In this document: positions 30,001-48,000 of the stretch, piece after piece
Layout of the letters: every line of letters begins with the position of its first letter
Numbering within the stretch: position 1 is the first letter of the stretch
Source of the DNA: Eledone cirrhosa
Lineage: Eukaryota
Direction of reading: 5' to 3'
Length of the DNA: 64,000 nucleotides
Assembly: GCA_964016885.1 (NCBI GenBank)
Contig: OZ024744.1
Coordinates: 116,560,001-116,624,000, forward strand
The notes under the pieces: generated by a model
Told to the model about the DNA's origin: nothing
Seen by the model: the letters and a program-made list of their open reading frames with translations, nothing else
The model's database searches: none
Position numbers and translations under genes: made by a program

Positions 30001-33000
30001 AATGTGAGATAATGACAATGTGAGATAATGACCAATGTGAGATAATGACAATGTGAGATAATGACAATGTGAGATAATGACCAATGTGAGATAATGACAA
30101 TGTGAGATAATGACAATGTGAGATAATGACAATGTGAGATAATGACAACGTGAGATAATGACAATGTGAGATAATGACCAATGTGAGATAATGACAATGT
30201 GAGATAATGACAATGTGAGATAATGACCAATGTGAGATAATGACCAACTTGAGATAATGAGAACGTGTGATAATGACTCACGTGAGATAATGACAATGTG
30301 AGATAATGACCAATGTGAGATAATGACCAATGTGAGATAATGAGAACATGTGATAATGACTCATGTGAGATAATGACCAATGTGAGATAATGACAATGTG
30401 AGATAATGACAATGTGAGATAATGACCAATGTGAGATAATGACAATGTGAGATAATGACAATGTGAGATAATGACAATGTGAGATAATGACAACGTGAGA
30501 TAATGACAATGTGAGATAATGACAATGTGAGATAATGACAATGTGAGATAATGACAATGTGAGATAATGACAACGTGAGATAATGAAAATGTGAGATAAT
30601 GACAATGTGAGATAATGACAATGTGAGATAATGACAATGTGAGATAATGACAATGTGAGATAATGACAATGTGAGATAATGACAATGTGAGATAATGACA
30701 ACGTGAGATAATGACAATTTGAGATAATGACAATGTGAGATAATGACCAATGTGAGATAATGACAATGTGAGATAATGACAATGTGAGATAATGACCAAT
30801 GTGAGAAAATGACAATGTGAGATAATGACAATGTGAGATAATGACCAATGTGAGATATTGACCAATGTGAGATAATGACAATGTGAGATAATGACCAATG
30901 TGAGATAATGACAATGTGAGATAATGACCAATGTGAGATAATGACTCATGTGAGATAATGACCAATGTGAGATAATGACCAATGTGAGATAATGACAATG
31001 TGAGATAATGACAATGTGAGATAATGACAATGTGAGATAATGACAATGTGACATAATGACCAATTTGAGATAATGACCAATTTGAGATAATGACCAATGT
31101 GAGATAATGACAATGTGAGATAATGACAATTTGAGATAATGACAATGTGAGATAATGACCAATGTGAGATAATGACAATGTGAGATAATGACCAATGTGA
31201 GATAATGACAATGTGAGATAATGACCAATGTGAGATAATGACAATGTGAGATAATGACCAATGTGAGATATTGACCAATGTGAGATAATGACCAATGTGA
31301 GATAATGACTCATGTGAGATAATGACCAATGTGAGATAATGACCAATGTGAGATAATGACAATGTGAGATAATGACAATGTGAGATAATGACAATGTGAC
31401 ATAATGACAATGTGAGATAATGACCAATTTGAGATAATGACCAATTTGAGATAATGACCAATGTGAGATAATGACAATGTGAGATAATGACAATGTGAGA
31501 TAATGACAATGTGAGATAATGACAATGTGAGATAATGACCAATGTGAGATAATGAAAATGTGAGATAATGACAATGTGAGATAATGATCAATGTGAGATA
31601 ATGACAATGTGAGATAATGACAATGTGAGATAATGACAATGTGAGATAATGACCAATGTGAGATAATGACGATGTGAGATAATGACAATGTGAGATAATG
31701 ACAATGTGAGATAATGACAATGTGAGATAATGACCAATGTGAGATAATGACAATGTGAGATAATGACAATGTGAGATAATGACCAATGTGAGATAATGAC
31801 AATGTGAGATAATGACCAATGTGAGATAATGACAATGTGAGATAATGACCAATGTGAGATAATGACCAATGTGAGATAATGACAATGTGAGATAATGACC
31901 AATGTGAGATAATGACAATGTGAGATAATGACAATGTGAGATAATGACAATGTGAGATAATGACAATGTGAGATAATGACAATGTGAGATAATGACAATG
32001 TGAGATAATGACAATTTGAGATAATGACAATGTGAGATAATGACCAATGTGAGATAATGACAATGTGAGATAATGACAATGTGAGATAATGACCAATGTG
32101 AGATAATGACAATGTGAGATAATGACAATGGGAGATAATGACAATGTGAGATAATGACAATGTGAGATAATGACAATGTGAGATAATGACCGATTTGAGA
32201 TAATGACAATGTGAGATAATGACCAATGTGAGATAATGACAATGTGAGATAATGACCAATGTGAGATAATGACAATGTGAGATAATGACCAATGTGAGAT
32301 AATGACAATGTGAGATAATGACCAATGTGAGATATTGACCAATGTGAGATAATGACCAATGTGAGATAATGACTCATGTGAGATAATGACCAATGTGAGA
32401 TAATGACCAATGTGAGATAATGACAATGTGAGATAATGACAATGTGAGATAATGACAATGTGACATAATGACAATGTGAGATAATGACCAATGTGAGATA
32501 ATGACCAATGGGAGATAATGAGCAATGTGAGATAATGACAATGTGAGATAATGACCAATGTGAGATAATGACAATGTGAGATAATGACAATGTGAGATAA
32601 TGACCAATGTGAGATAATGACAATGTGAGATAATGACAATGTGAGATAATGACAATGTGAGATAATGACAACGTGAGATAATGACAATGTGAGATAATGA
32701 CCAATGTGAGATAATGACAATGTGAGATAATGACAATGTGAGATAATGACCAATGTGAGATAATGACCAACTTGAGATAATGAGAACGTGTGATAATGAC
32801 TCACGTGAGATAATGACAATGTGAGATAATGACCAATGTGAGATAATGACCAATGTGAGATAATGAGAACATGTGATAATGACTCATGTGAGATAATGAC
32901 CAATGTGAGATAATGACAATGTGAGATAATGACAATGTGAGATAATGACCAATGTGAGATAATGACAATGTGAGATAATGACAATGTGAGATAATGACCA

Positions 33001-36000
33001 ATGTGAGATAATGACAATGTGAGATAATGACAATGTGAGATAATGACAAGGTGAGATAATGACAATGTGAGATAATGACAATGTGAGATAATGACAATGT
33101 GAGATAATGACAATATGACATAATGACAATGTGAGATAATGACAATGTGAGATAATGACAATGTGAGATAATGACAACGTGAGATAATGACAATGTGAGA
33201 TAATGACAATGTGAGATAATGACAATGTGAGATAATGACAATGTGAGATAATGACAACGTGAGATAATGAAAATGTGAGATAATGACAATGTGAGATAAT
33301 GACAATGTGAGATAATGACAATGTGAGATAATGACAATGTGAGATAATGACAATGTGAGATAATGACAATGTGAGATAATGACAACGTGAGATAATGACA
33401 ATTTGAGATAATGACAATGTGAGATAATGACCAATGTGAGATAATGACAATGTGAGATAATGACAATGTGAGATAATGACCAATGTGAGATAATGACAAT
33501 GTGAGATAATGACAATGTGAGATAATGACCAATGTGAGATATTGACCAATGTGAGATAATGACAATGTGAGATAATGACCAATGTGAGATAATGACCAAT
33601 GTCAGATAATGACAATGTGAGATAATGACCAATGTGAGATAATGACTCATGTGAGATAATGACCAATGTGAGATAATGACCAATGTGAGATAATGACAAT
33701 GTGAGATAATGACAATGTGAGATAATGACAATGTGAGATAATGACAATGTGACATAATGACCAATTTGAGATAATGACCAATTTGAGATAATGACCAATG
33801 TGAGATAATGATAATGTGAGATAATGACAATTTGAGATAATGACAATGTGAGATAATGACAATGTGAGATAATGACCAATTTGAGATAATGACAATGTGA
33901 GATAATGACAATGTGAGATAATGACCAATGTGAGATAATGACAAAGTGAGATAATGACAATGTGAGATAATGACAATGTGAGATAATGACCAATGTGAGA
34001 TAATGACAATGTGAGATAATGACAATGTGAGATAATGACAATGTGAGATAATGACAATGTGAGATAATGACCAATGTGAGATAATGACAATGTGAGATAA
34101 TGACAATGTGAGATAATGACCAATGTGAGATAATGACAATGTGAGATAATGACAATGTGAGATAATGACAATGTGAGATAATGACCAATGTGAGATAATG
34201 ACAATGTGAGATAATGACCAATGTGAGATAATGACCAATGTGAGATAATGACAATGTGAGATAATGACCAATGTGAGATAATGACAAAGTCAGATAATGA
34301 CCAATGTGAGATAATGACCAATGTGAGATAATGAGCAATGTGAGATAATGACAATGTGAGATAATGACCAGTGTGAGATAATGACAATGTGAGATAATGA
34401 CAATGTGAGATAATGACAATGTGAGATAATGACAATGTGAGATAATGACAATGGGAGATAATGACAATGTGAGATAATGACAATGTGAGATAATGACCAA
34501 CGTGAGATAATGAGAATGTGTGATAATGACTCACGTGAGATAATGACAATGTGAGATAATGAGCAATGTGAGATAATGACAATGTGAGATAATGACAATG
34601 TGAGATAATGACAATGTGAGATAATGACCAATGTGAGATAATGACAAAGTGAGATAATGACAATGTGAGATAATGACCAATGTGAGATAATGACCAACGT
34701 GAGATAATGAGAACGTGTGATAATGACTCACGTGAGATAATGACAATGTGAGATAATGACCAATGTGAGATAATGACCAATGTGAGATAATGAGAACATG
34801 TGATAATGACTCATGTGAGATAATGACCAATGTGAGATAATGACAATGTGAGATAATGACAATGTGAGATAATGACCAATGTGAGATAATGACCAATGTG
34901 AGATAATGACCAATGTAAGATAATGACAATGTGAGAAAATGACAATGTGAGATAATGACAATGTGAGATAATGACAACGTGAGATAATGACAATGTGAGA
35001 TAATGACAATGTGAGATAATGACAATGTGAGATAATGACAATGTGAGATAATGACAACGTGAGATAATGACAATGTGAGATAATGACAATGTGAGATAAT
35101 GACAATGTGAGATAATGACAATGTGAGATAATGACAATGTGAGATAATGACAATGTGAGATAATGACAATTTGAGATAATGACAATGTGAGATAATGACC
35201 AATGTGAGATAATGACAATGTGAGATAATGACAATGTGAGATAATGACCAATGTGAGATAATGACAATGTGAGATAATGACAATGGGAGATAATGACAAT
35301 GTGAGATAATGACAATGTGAGATAATGACAATGTGGGATAATGACCGATTTGAGATAATGACAATGTGAGATAATGACCAATGTGAGATAATGACAATGT
35401 GAGATAATGACCAATGTGAGATAATGACAATGTGAGATAATGACCAATGTGAGATAATGACAATGTGAGATAATGACCAATGTGAGATATTGACCAATGT
35501 GAGATAATGACCAATGTGAGATAATGACTCATGTGAGATAATGACCAATGTGAGATAATGACCAATGTGAGATAATGACAATGTGAGATAATGACAATGT
35601 GAGATAATGACAATGTGACATAATGACAATGAGAGATAATGACCAATTTGAGATAATGACCAATTTGAGATAATGACCAATGTGAGATAATGACAATGTG
35701 AGATAATGACAATGTGAGATAATGACAATGTGAGATAATGACAATGTGAGATAATGACCAATGTGAGATAATGAAAATGTGAGATAATGACAATGTGAGA
35801 TAATGATCAATGTGAGATAATGACAATGTGAGATAATGACAATGTGAGATAATGACAATGTGAGATAATGACCAATGTGAGATAATGACGATGTGAGATA
35901 ATGACAATGTGAGATAATGACAATGTGAGATAATGACAATGTGAGATAATGACCAATGTGAGATAATGACAATGTGAGATAATGACAATGTGAGATAATG

Positions 36001-39000
36001 ACCAATGTGAGATAATGACAATGTGAGATAATGACAATGTGAGATAATGACAATGTGAGATAATGACCAATGTGAGATAATGACAATGTGAGATAATGAC
36101 CAATGTGAGATAATGACCAATGTGAGATAATGACAATGTGAGATAATAACCAATGTGAGATAATGACAATGTGAGATAATGACAATGTGAGATAATGACA
36201 ATGTGAGATAATGACCAATGTGAGATAATGACAAAGTGAGATAATGACAATGTGAGATAATGACAATGTGAGATAATGACAATGTGAGATAATGAAAATG
36301 TGAGATAATGACAATGTGAGATAATGACAATGTGAGATAATGACCAATGTGAGATAATGACAAAGTGAGATAATGACAAGGTGAGATAATGACCAATGTG
36401 AGATAATGACAATGTGAGATAATGACAATGTGACATAATTACCAACGTGAGATAATGACAATGGGAGATAATGACAATGTGAGATAGTGACCAATGTGAG
36501 ATAATGACAATGTGAGATAATGACCAATGTGAGGTAATGACAATGTGAGATAATGACCAATGTGAGATAATGACAACGTGAGATAATGACAATGTGAGAT
36601 AATGACCAATGTGAGATAATGACCAATGTGAGATAATGACAATGTGAGATAATGACAATGTGAGATAATGACCAATGTGAGATAATGACAATGTGAGATA
36701 ATGACAATGTGAGATAATGACAATGTGAGATAATGACCAATGTGAGATAATGACAATGTGAGATAATGACAATGTGAGATAATGACCAATGTGAGATAAT
36801 GACCAATGTGAGATAATGAGAACGTGTGATAATGACTCACGTGAGATAATGACAATGGGAGATAATGACCAATGTGAGATAATGACCAATGTGAGATAAT
36901 GAGAACATGTGATAATGATTCATGTGAGATAATGACCAATGTGAGATAATGACAATGTGAGATAATGACAATGTGAGATAATGACAACATGAGATAATGA
37001 CAACGTGAGATAATGACAATGTGAGATAAGGACAATGTGAGATAATGACAATGTGAGATAATGACAACGTGAGATAATGACAACGTGAGATAATGACAAT
37101 GTGAGATAATGACAATGTGAGATAATGACAATGTGAGATAATGACAATGTGAGATAATGACAATGTGAGATAATGACAATGTGAGATAATGACAACGTGA
37201 GATAATGACAATGTGAGATAATGACGAATGTGAGATAATGACAATGTGAGATAATGACAATGTAAGATAATGACCAATGTGAGATAATGACAATGTGAGA
37301 TAATGACCAATGTGAGGTAATGACAATGTGAGATAATGAGCAATGTGAGATAATGACAATGTGAGATAATGACAATGTGAGATAATGACAATGTGAGATA
37401 ATGACCAATGTGAGATAATGACAATGTGAGATAATGACAATGTGAGATAATGACCAATGTGAGATAATGACCAATGTGAGATAATGAGAACGTGTGATAA
37501 TGACTCACGTGAGATAATGACAATGTGAGATAATGACAATGTGAGATAATGACCAATGTGAGATAATGACAATGTGAGATAATGACAATGTGAGATAATG
37601 ACAATGTGAGATAATGACCAATGTGAGATAATGACAATGTGAGATAATGACCAATGTGAGATATTGACCAATGTGAGATAATGACCAATGTGAGATAATG
37701 ACTCATGTGAGATAATGACCAATGTGAGATAATGACAATGTGAGATAATGACAATGTGAGATAATGACAATGTGAGATAATGACCAATGTGAGATAATGA
37801 CAATGTGAGATAATGACCAATGTGAGATATTGACCAATGTGAGATAATGACCAATGTGAGATAATGACTCATGTGAGATAATGACCAATGTGAGATAATG
37901 ACAATGTGAGATAATGACCAATGTGAGATAATGACAATGTGAGATAATGACAATGTGAGATAATGACAACGTGAGATAATGACAATGTGAGATAATGACA
38001 ATGTGAGATAATGACAATGTGAGATAATGACAATGTGAGATAATGACAACGTGAGATAATGAAAATGTGAGATAATGACAATGTGAGATAATGACAATGT
38101 GAGATAATGAGAATGTGAGATAATGACAATGTGAGATAATGACAATGTGAGATAATGACAATGTGAGATAATGACAATGTGAGATAATAACAACGTGAGA
38201 TAATGACAATTTGAGATAATGACAATGTGAGATAATGACCAATGTGAGATAATGACAATGTGAGATAATGACAATGTGAGATAATGACCAATGTGAGATA
38301 ATGACAATGTGAGATAATGACAATGTGAGATAATGACCAATGTGAGATATTGACCAATGTGAGATAATGACAATGTGAGATAATGACCAATGTGAGATAA
38401 TGACAATGTGAGATAATGACCAATGTGAGATAATGACTCATGTGAGATAATGACCAATGTGAGATAATGACCAATGTGAGATAATGACAATGTGAGATAA
38501 TGACAATGTGAGATAATGACAATGTGAGATAATGACCAATGTAAGATAATGACCAATGTGAGATAATGAGAACATGTGATAATGACTCATGTGAGATAAT
38601 GACCAATGTGAGATAATGACAATGTGAGATAATGACAATGTGAGATAATGACCAATGTGAGATAATGACAATGTGAGATAATGACAATGTGAGATAATGA
38701 CAATGTGAGATAATGACAACGTGAGATAATGACAATGTGAGATAATGACAATGTGAGATAATGACAATGTGAGATAATGACAATGTGAGATAATGAAAAT
38801 GTGAGATAATGACAATGTGAGATAATGACAATGTGAGATAATGACAATGTGAGATAATGACAATGTGAGATAATGACAATGTGAGATAATGACAATGTGA
38901 GATAATGACAACGTGAGATAATGACAATTTGAGATAATGACAATGTGAGATAATGACCAATGTGAGATAATGACAATGTGAGATAATGACAATGTGAGAT

Positions 39001-42000
39001 AATGACCAATGTGAGATAATGACAATGTGAGATAATGACAATGTGAGATAATGACCAATGTGAGATATTGACCAATGTGAGATAATGACAATGTGAGATA
39101 ATGACCAATGTGAGATAATGACAATGTGAGATAATGACCAATGTGAGATAATGACTCATGTGAGATAATGACCAATGTGAGATAATGACCAATGTGAGAT
39201 AATGACAATGTGAGATAATGACAATGTGAGATAATGACAATGTGAGATAATGACAATGTGACATAATGACCAATTTGAGATAATGACCAATTTGAGATAA
39301 TGACCAATGTGAGATAATGACAATGTGAGATAATGACAATTTGAGATAATGACAATGTGAGATAATGACAATATGAGATAATGACCAATTTGAGATAATG
39401 ACAATGTGAGATAATGACAATGTGAGATAATGACCAATGTGAGATAATGACAAAGTGAGATAATGACAATGTGAGATAATGACAATGTGAGATAATGACC
39501 AATGTGAGATAATGACAATGTGAGATAATGACAATGTGAGATAATGACAATGTGAGATAATGACAATGTGAGATAATGACCAATGTGAGATAATGAGCAA
39601 TGTGAGATAATGACAATGTGAGATAATGACCAGTGTGAGATAATGACAATGTGAGATAATGACAATGTGAGATAATGACAATGTGAGATAATGACAATGT
39701 GAGATAATGAAAATGGGAGATAATGACAATGTGAGATAATGACAATGTGAGATAATGACCAACGTGAGATAATGAGAATGTGTGATAATGACTCACGTGA
39801 GATAATGACAATGTGAGATAATGAGCAATGTGAGATAATGACAATGTGAGATAATGACAATGTGAGATAATGACAATGTGAGATAATGACCAATGTGAGA
39901 TAATGACCAACGTGAGATAATGAGAACGTGTGATAATGACTCACGTGAGATAATGACAATGTGAGATAATGACCAATGTGAGATAATGACCAATGTGAGA
40001 TAATGAGAACATGTGATAATGACTCATGTGAGATAATGACCAATGTGAGATAATGACAATGTGAGATAATGACAATGTGAGATAATGACCAATGTAAGAT
40101 AATGACAATGTGAGAAAATGACAATGTGAGATAATGACAATGTGAGATAATGACAACGTGAGATAATGACAATGTGAGATAATGACAATGTGAGATAATG
40201 ACAATGTGAGATAATGACAATGTGAGATAATGACAACGTGAGATAATGACAATGTGAGATAATGACAATGTGAGATAATGACAATGTGAGATAATGACAA
40301 TGTGAGATAATGACAATGTGAGATAATGACAATGTGAGATAATGACAATGTGAGATAATGACAATTTGAGATAATGACAATGTGAGATAATGACCAATGT
40401 GAGATAATGACAATGTGAGATAATGACAATGTGAGATAATGACCAATGTGAGATAATGACAATGTGAGATAATGACAATGGGAGATAATGACAATGTGAG
40501 ATAATGACAATGTGAGATAATGACAATGTGAGATAATGACCGATTTGAGATAATGACAATGTGAGATAATGACCAATGTGAGATAATGACAATGTGAGAT
40601 AATGACCAATGTGAGATAATGACAATGTGAGATAATGACCAATGTGAGATAATGACAATGTGAGATAATGACCAATGTGAGATATTGACCAATGTGAGAT
40701 AATGACCAATGTGAGATAATGACTCATGTGAGATAATGACCAATGTGAGATAATGACCAATGTGAGATAATGACAATGTGAGATAATGACAATGTGAGAT
40801 AATGACAATGTGACATAATGACAATGTGAGATAATGACCAATGTGAGATAATGACCAATGGGAGATAATGAGCAATGTGAGATAATGACAATGTGAGATA
40901 ATGACCAATGTGAGATAATGACAATGTGAGATAATGACAATGTGAGATAATGACCAATGTGAGATAATGACAATGTGAGATAATGACAATGTGAGATAAT
41001 GACAATGTGAGATAATGACAACGTGAGATAATGACAATGTGAGATAATGACCAATGTGAGATAATGACAATGTGAGATAATGACAATGTGAGATAATGAC
41101 CAATGTGAGATAATGACCAACTTGAGATAATGAGAACGTGTGATAATGACTCACGTGAGATAATGACAATGTGAGATAATGACCAATGTGAGATAATGAC
41201 CAATGTGAGATAATGAGAACATGTGATAATGACTCATGTGAGATAATGACCAATGTGAGATAATGACAATGTGAGATAATGACAATGTGAGATAATGACC
41301 AATGTGAGATAATGACAATGTGAGATAATGACAATGTGAGATAATGACAATGTGAGATAATGACAACGTGAGATAATGACAATGTGAGATAATGACAATG
41401 TGAGATAATGACAATGTGAGATAATGACAATGTGAGATAATGACAACGTGAGATAATGAAAATGTGAGATAATGACAATGTGAGATAATGACAATGTGAG
41501 ATAATGACAATGTGAGATAATGACAATGTGAGATAATGACAATGTGAGATAATGACAATGTGAGATAATGACAACGTGAGATAATGACAATTTGAGATAA
41601 TGACAATGTGAGATAATGACCAATGTGAGATAATGACAATGTGAGATAATGACAATGTGAGATAATGACCAATGTGAGAAAATGACAATGTGAGATAATG
41701 ACAATGTGAGATAATGACCAATGTGAGATATTGACCAATGTGAGATAATGACAATGTGAGATAATGACCAATGTGAGATAATGACAATGTGAGATAATGA
41801 CCAATGTGAGATAATGACTCATGTGAGATAATGACCAATGTGAGATAATGACCAATGTGAGATAATGACAATGTGAGATAATGACAATGTGAGATAATGA
41901 CAATGTGAGATAATGACAATGTGACATAATGACCAATTTGAGATAATGACCAATTTGAGATAATGACCAATGTGAGATAATGACAATGTGAGATAATGAC

Positions 42001-45000
42001 AATTTGAGATAATGACAATGTGAGATAATGACCAATGTGAGATAATGACAATGTGAGATAATGACCAATGTGAGATAATGACAATGTGAGATAATGACCA
42101 ATGTGAGATAATGACAATGTGAGATAATGACCAATGTGAGATATTGACCAATGTGAGATAATGACCAATGTGAGATAATGACTCATGTGAGATAATGACC
42201 AATGTGAGATAATGACCAATGTGAGATAATGACAATGTGAGATAATGACAATGTGAGATAATGACAATGTGACATAATGACAATGTGAGATAATGACCAA
42301 TTTGAGATAATGACCAATTTGAGATAATGACCAATGTGAGATAATGACAATGTGAGATAATGACAATGTGAGATAATGACAATGTGAGATAATGACAATG
42401 TGAGATAATGACCAATGTGAGATAATGAAAATGTGAGATAATGACAATGTGAGATAATGATCAATGTGAGATAATGACAATGTGAGATAATGACAATGTG
42501 AGATAATGACAATGTGAGATAATGACCAATGTGAGATAATGACGATGTGAGATAATGACAATGTGAGATAATGACAATGTGAGATAATGACAATGTGAGA
42601 TAATGACCAATGTGAGATAATGACAATGTGAGATAATGACCAATGTGAGATAATGACAATGTGAGATAATGACAATGTGAGATAATGACAATGTGAGATA
42701 ATGACAATGTGAGATAATGACAATGTGAGATAATGACAATGTGAGATAATGACAATTTGAGATAATGACAATGTGAGATAATGACCAATGTGAGATAATG
42801 ACAATGTGAGATAATGACAATGTGAGATAATGACCAATGTGAGATAATGACAATGTGAGATAATGACAATGGGAGATAATGACAATGTGAGATAATGACA
42901 ATGTGAGATAATGACAATGTGAGATAATGACCGATTTGAGATAATGACAATGTGAGATAATGACCAATGTGAGATAATGACAATGTGAGATAATGACCAA
43001 TGTGAGATAATGACAATGTGAGATAATGACCAATGTGAGATAATGACAATGTGAGATAATGACCAATGTGAGATATTGACCAATGTGAGATAATGACCAA
43101 TGTGAGATAATGACTCATGTGAGATAATGACCAATGTGAGATAATGACCAATGTGAGATAATGACAATGTGAGATAATGACAATGTGAGATAATGACAAT
43201 GTGACATAATGACAATGTGAGATAATGACCAATGTGAGATAATGACCAATGGGAGATAATGAGCAATGTGAGATAATGACAATGTGAGATAATGACCAAT
43301 GTGAGATAATGACAATGTGAGATAATGACAATGTGAGATAATGACCAATGTGAGATAATGACAATGTGAGATAATGACAATGTGAGATAATGACAATGTG
43401 AGATAATGACAACGTGAGATAATGACAATGTGAGATAATGACCAATGTGAGATAATGACAATGTGAGATAATGACAATGTGAGATAATGACCAATGTGAG
43501 ATAATGACCAACTTGAGATAATGAGAACGTGTGATAATGACTCACGTGAGATAATGACAATGTGAGATAATGACCAATGTGAGATAATGACCAATGTGAG
43601 ATAATGAGAACATGTGATAATGACTCATGTGAGATAATGACCAATGTGAGATAATGACAATGTGAGATAATGACAATGTGAGATAATGACCAATGTGAGA
43701 TAATGACAATGTGAGATAATGACAATGTGAGATAATGACCAATGTGAGATAATGACAATGTGAGATAATGACAATGTGAGATAATGACAAGGTGAGATAA
43801 TGACAATGTGAGATAATGACAATGTGAGATAATGACAATGTGAGATAATGACAATATGACATAATGACAATGTGAGATAATGACAATGTGAGATAATGAC
43901 AATGTGAGATAATGACAACGTGAGATAATGACAATGTGAGATAATGACAATGTGAGATAATGACAATGTGAGATAATGACAATGTGAGATAATGACAACG
44001 TGAGATAATGAAAATGTGAGATAATGACAATGTGAGATAATGACAATGTGAGATAATGACAATGTGAGATAATGACAATGTGAGATAATGACAATGTGAG
44101 ATAATGACAATGTGAGATAATGACAACGTGAGATAATGACAATTTGAGATAATGACAATGTGAGATAATGACCAATGTGAGATAATGACAATGTGAGATA
44201 ATGACAATGTGAGATAATGACCAATGTGAGATAATGACAATGTGAGATAATGACAATGTGAGATAATGACCAATGTGAGATATTGACCAATGTGAGATAA
44301 TGACAATGTGAGATAATGACCAATGTGAGATAATGACCAATGTCAGATAATGACAATGTGAGATAATGACCAATGTGAGATAATGACTCATGTGAGATAA
44401 TGACCAATGTGAGATAATGACCAATGTGAGATAATGACAATGTGAGATAATGACAATGTGAGATAATGACAATGTGAGATAATGACAATGTGACATAATG
44501 ACCAATTTGAGATAATGACCAATTTGAGATAATGACCAATGTGAGATAATGATAATGTGAGATAATGACAATTTGAGATAATGACAATGTGAGATAATGA
44601 CAATGTGAGATAATGACCAATTTGAGATAATGACAATGTGAGATAATGACAATGTGAGATAATGACCAATGTGAGATAATGACAAAGTGAGATAATGACA
44701 ATGTGAGATAATGACAATGTGAGATAATGACCAATGTGAGATAATGACAATGTGAGATAATGACAATGTGAGATAATGACAATGTGAGATAATGACAATG
44801 TGAGATAATGACCAATGTGAGATAATGACAATGTGAGATAATGACAATGTGAGATAATGACCAATGTGAGATAATGACAATGTGAGATAATGACAATGTG
44901 AGATAATGACAATGTGAGATAATGACCAATGTGAGATAATGACAATGTGAGATAATGACCAATGTGAGATAATGACCAATGTGAGATAATGACAATGTGA

Positions 45001-48000
45001 GATAATGACCAATGTGAGATAATGACAAAGTCAGATAATGACCAATGTGAGATAATGACCAATGTGAGATAATGAGCAATGTGAGATAATGACAATGTGA
45101 GATAATGACCAGTGTGAGATAATGACAATGTGAGATAATGACAATGTGAGATAATGACAATGTGAGATAATGACAATGTGAGATAATGACAATGGGAGAT
45201 AATGACAATGTGAGATAATGACAATGTGAGATAATGACCAACGTGAGATAATGAGAATGTGTGATAATGACTCACGTGAGATAATGACAATGTGAGATAA
45301 TGAGCAATGTGAGATAATGACAATGTGAGATAATGACAATGTGAGATAATGACAATGTGAGATAATGACCAATGTGAGATAATGACAAAGTGAGATAATG
45401 ACAATGTGAGATAATGACCAATGTGAGATAATGACCAACGTGAGATAATGAGAACGTGTGATAATGACTCACGTGAGATAATGACAATGTGAGATAATGA
45501 CCAATGTGAGATAATGACCAATGTGAGATAATGAGAACATGTGATAATGACTCATGTGAGATAATGACCAATGTGAGATAATGACAATGTGAGATAATGA
45601 CAATGTGAGATAATGACCAATGTGAGATAATGACCAATGTGAGATAATGACCAATGTAAGATAATGACAATGTGAGAAAATGACAATGTGAGATAATGAC
45701 AATGTGAGATAATGACAACGTGAGATAATGACAATGTGAGATAATGACAATGTGAGATAATGACAATGTGAGATAATGACAATGTGAGATAATGACAACG
45801 TGAGATAATGACAATGTGAGATAATGACAATGTGAGATAATGACAATGTGAGATAATGACAATGTGAGATAATGACAATGTGAGATAATGACAATGTGAG
45901 ATAATGACAATTTGAGATAATGACAATGTGAGATAATGACCAATGTGAGATAATGACAATGTGAGATAATGACAATGTGAGATAATGACCAATGTGAGAT
46001 AATGACAATGTGAGATAATGACAATGGGAGATAATGACAATGTGAGATAATGACAATGTGAGATAATGACAATGTGGGATAATGACCGATTTGAGATAAT
46101 GACAATGTGAGATAATGACCAATGTGAGATAATGACAATGTGAGATAATGACCAATGTGAGATAATGACAATGTGAGATAATGACCAATGTGAGATAATG
46201 ACAATGTGAGATAATGACCAATGTGAGATATTGACCAATGTGAGATAATGACCAATGTGAGATAATGACTCATGTGAGATAATGACCAATGTGAGATAAT
46301 GACCAATGTGAGATAATGACAATGTGAGATAATGACAATGTGAGATAATGACAATGTGACATAATGACAATGAGAGATAATGACCAATTTGAGATAATGA
46401 CCAATTTGAGATAATGACCAATGTGAGATAATGACAATGTGAGATAATGACAATGTGAGATAATGACAATGTGAGATAATGACAATGTGAGATAATGACC
46501 AATGTGAGATAATGAAAATGTGAGATAATGACAATGTGAGATAATGATCAATGTGAGATAATGACAATGTGAGATAATGACAATGTGAGATAATGACAAT
46601 GTGAGATAATGACCAATGTGAGATAATGACGATGTGAGATAATGACAATGTGAGATAATGACAATGTGAGATAATGACAATGTGAGATAATGACCAATGT
46701 GAGATAATGACAATGTGAGATAATGACAATGTGAGATAATGACCAATGTGAGATAATGACAATGTGAGATAATGACAATGTGAGATAATGACAATGTGAG
46801 ATAATGACCAATGTGAGATAATGACAATGTGAGATAATGACCAATGTGAGATAATGACCAATGTGAGATAATGACAATGTGAGATAATAACCAATGTGAG
46901 ATAATGACAATGTGAGATAATGACAATGTGAGATAATGACAATGTGAGATAATGACCAATGTGAGATAATGACAAAGTGAGATAATGACAATGTGAGATA
47001 ATGACAATGTGAGATAATGACAATGTGAGATAATGAAAATGTGAGATAATGACAATGTGAGATAATGACAATGTGAGATAATGACCAATGTGAGATAATG
47101 ACAAAGTGAGATAATGACAAGGTGAGATAATGACCAATGTGAGATAATGACAATGTGAGATAATGACAATGTGACATAATTACCAACGTGAGATAATGAC
47201 AATGGGAGATAATGACAATGTGAGATAGTGACCAATGTGAGATAATGACAATGTGAGATAATGACCAATGTGAGGTAATGACAATGTGAGATAATGACCA
47301 ATGTGAGATAATGACAACGTGAGATAATGACAATGTGAGATAATGACCAATGTGAGATAATGACCAATGTGAGATAATGACAATGTGAGATAATGACAAT
47401 GTGAGATAATGACCAATGTGAGATAATGACAATGTGAGATAATGACAATGTGAGATAATGACAATGTGAGATAATGACCAATGTGAGATAATGACAATGT
47501 GAGATAATGACAATGTGAGATAATGACCAATGTGAGATAATGACCAATGTGAGATAATGAGAACGTGTGATAATGACTCACGTGAGATAATGACAATGGG
47601 AGATAATGACCAATGTGAGATAATGACCAATGTGAGATAATGAGAACATGTGATAATGATTCATGTGAGATAATGACCAATGTGAGATAATGACAATGTG
47701 AGATAATGACAATGTGAGATAATGACAACATGAGATAATGACAACGTGAGATAATGACAATGTGAGATAAGGACAATGTGAGATAATGACAATGTGAGAT
47801 AATGACAACGTGAGATAATGACAACGTGAGATAATGACAATGTGAGATAATGACAATGTGAGATAATGACAATGTGAGATAATGACAATGTGAGATAATG
47901 ACAATGTGAGATAATGACAATGTGAGATAATGACAACGTGAGATAATGACAATGTGAGATAATGACGAATGTGAGATAATGACAATGTGAGATAATGACA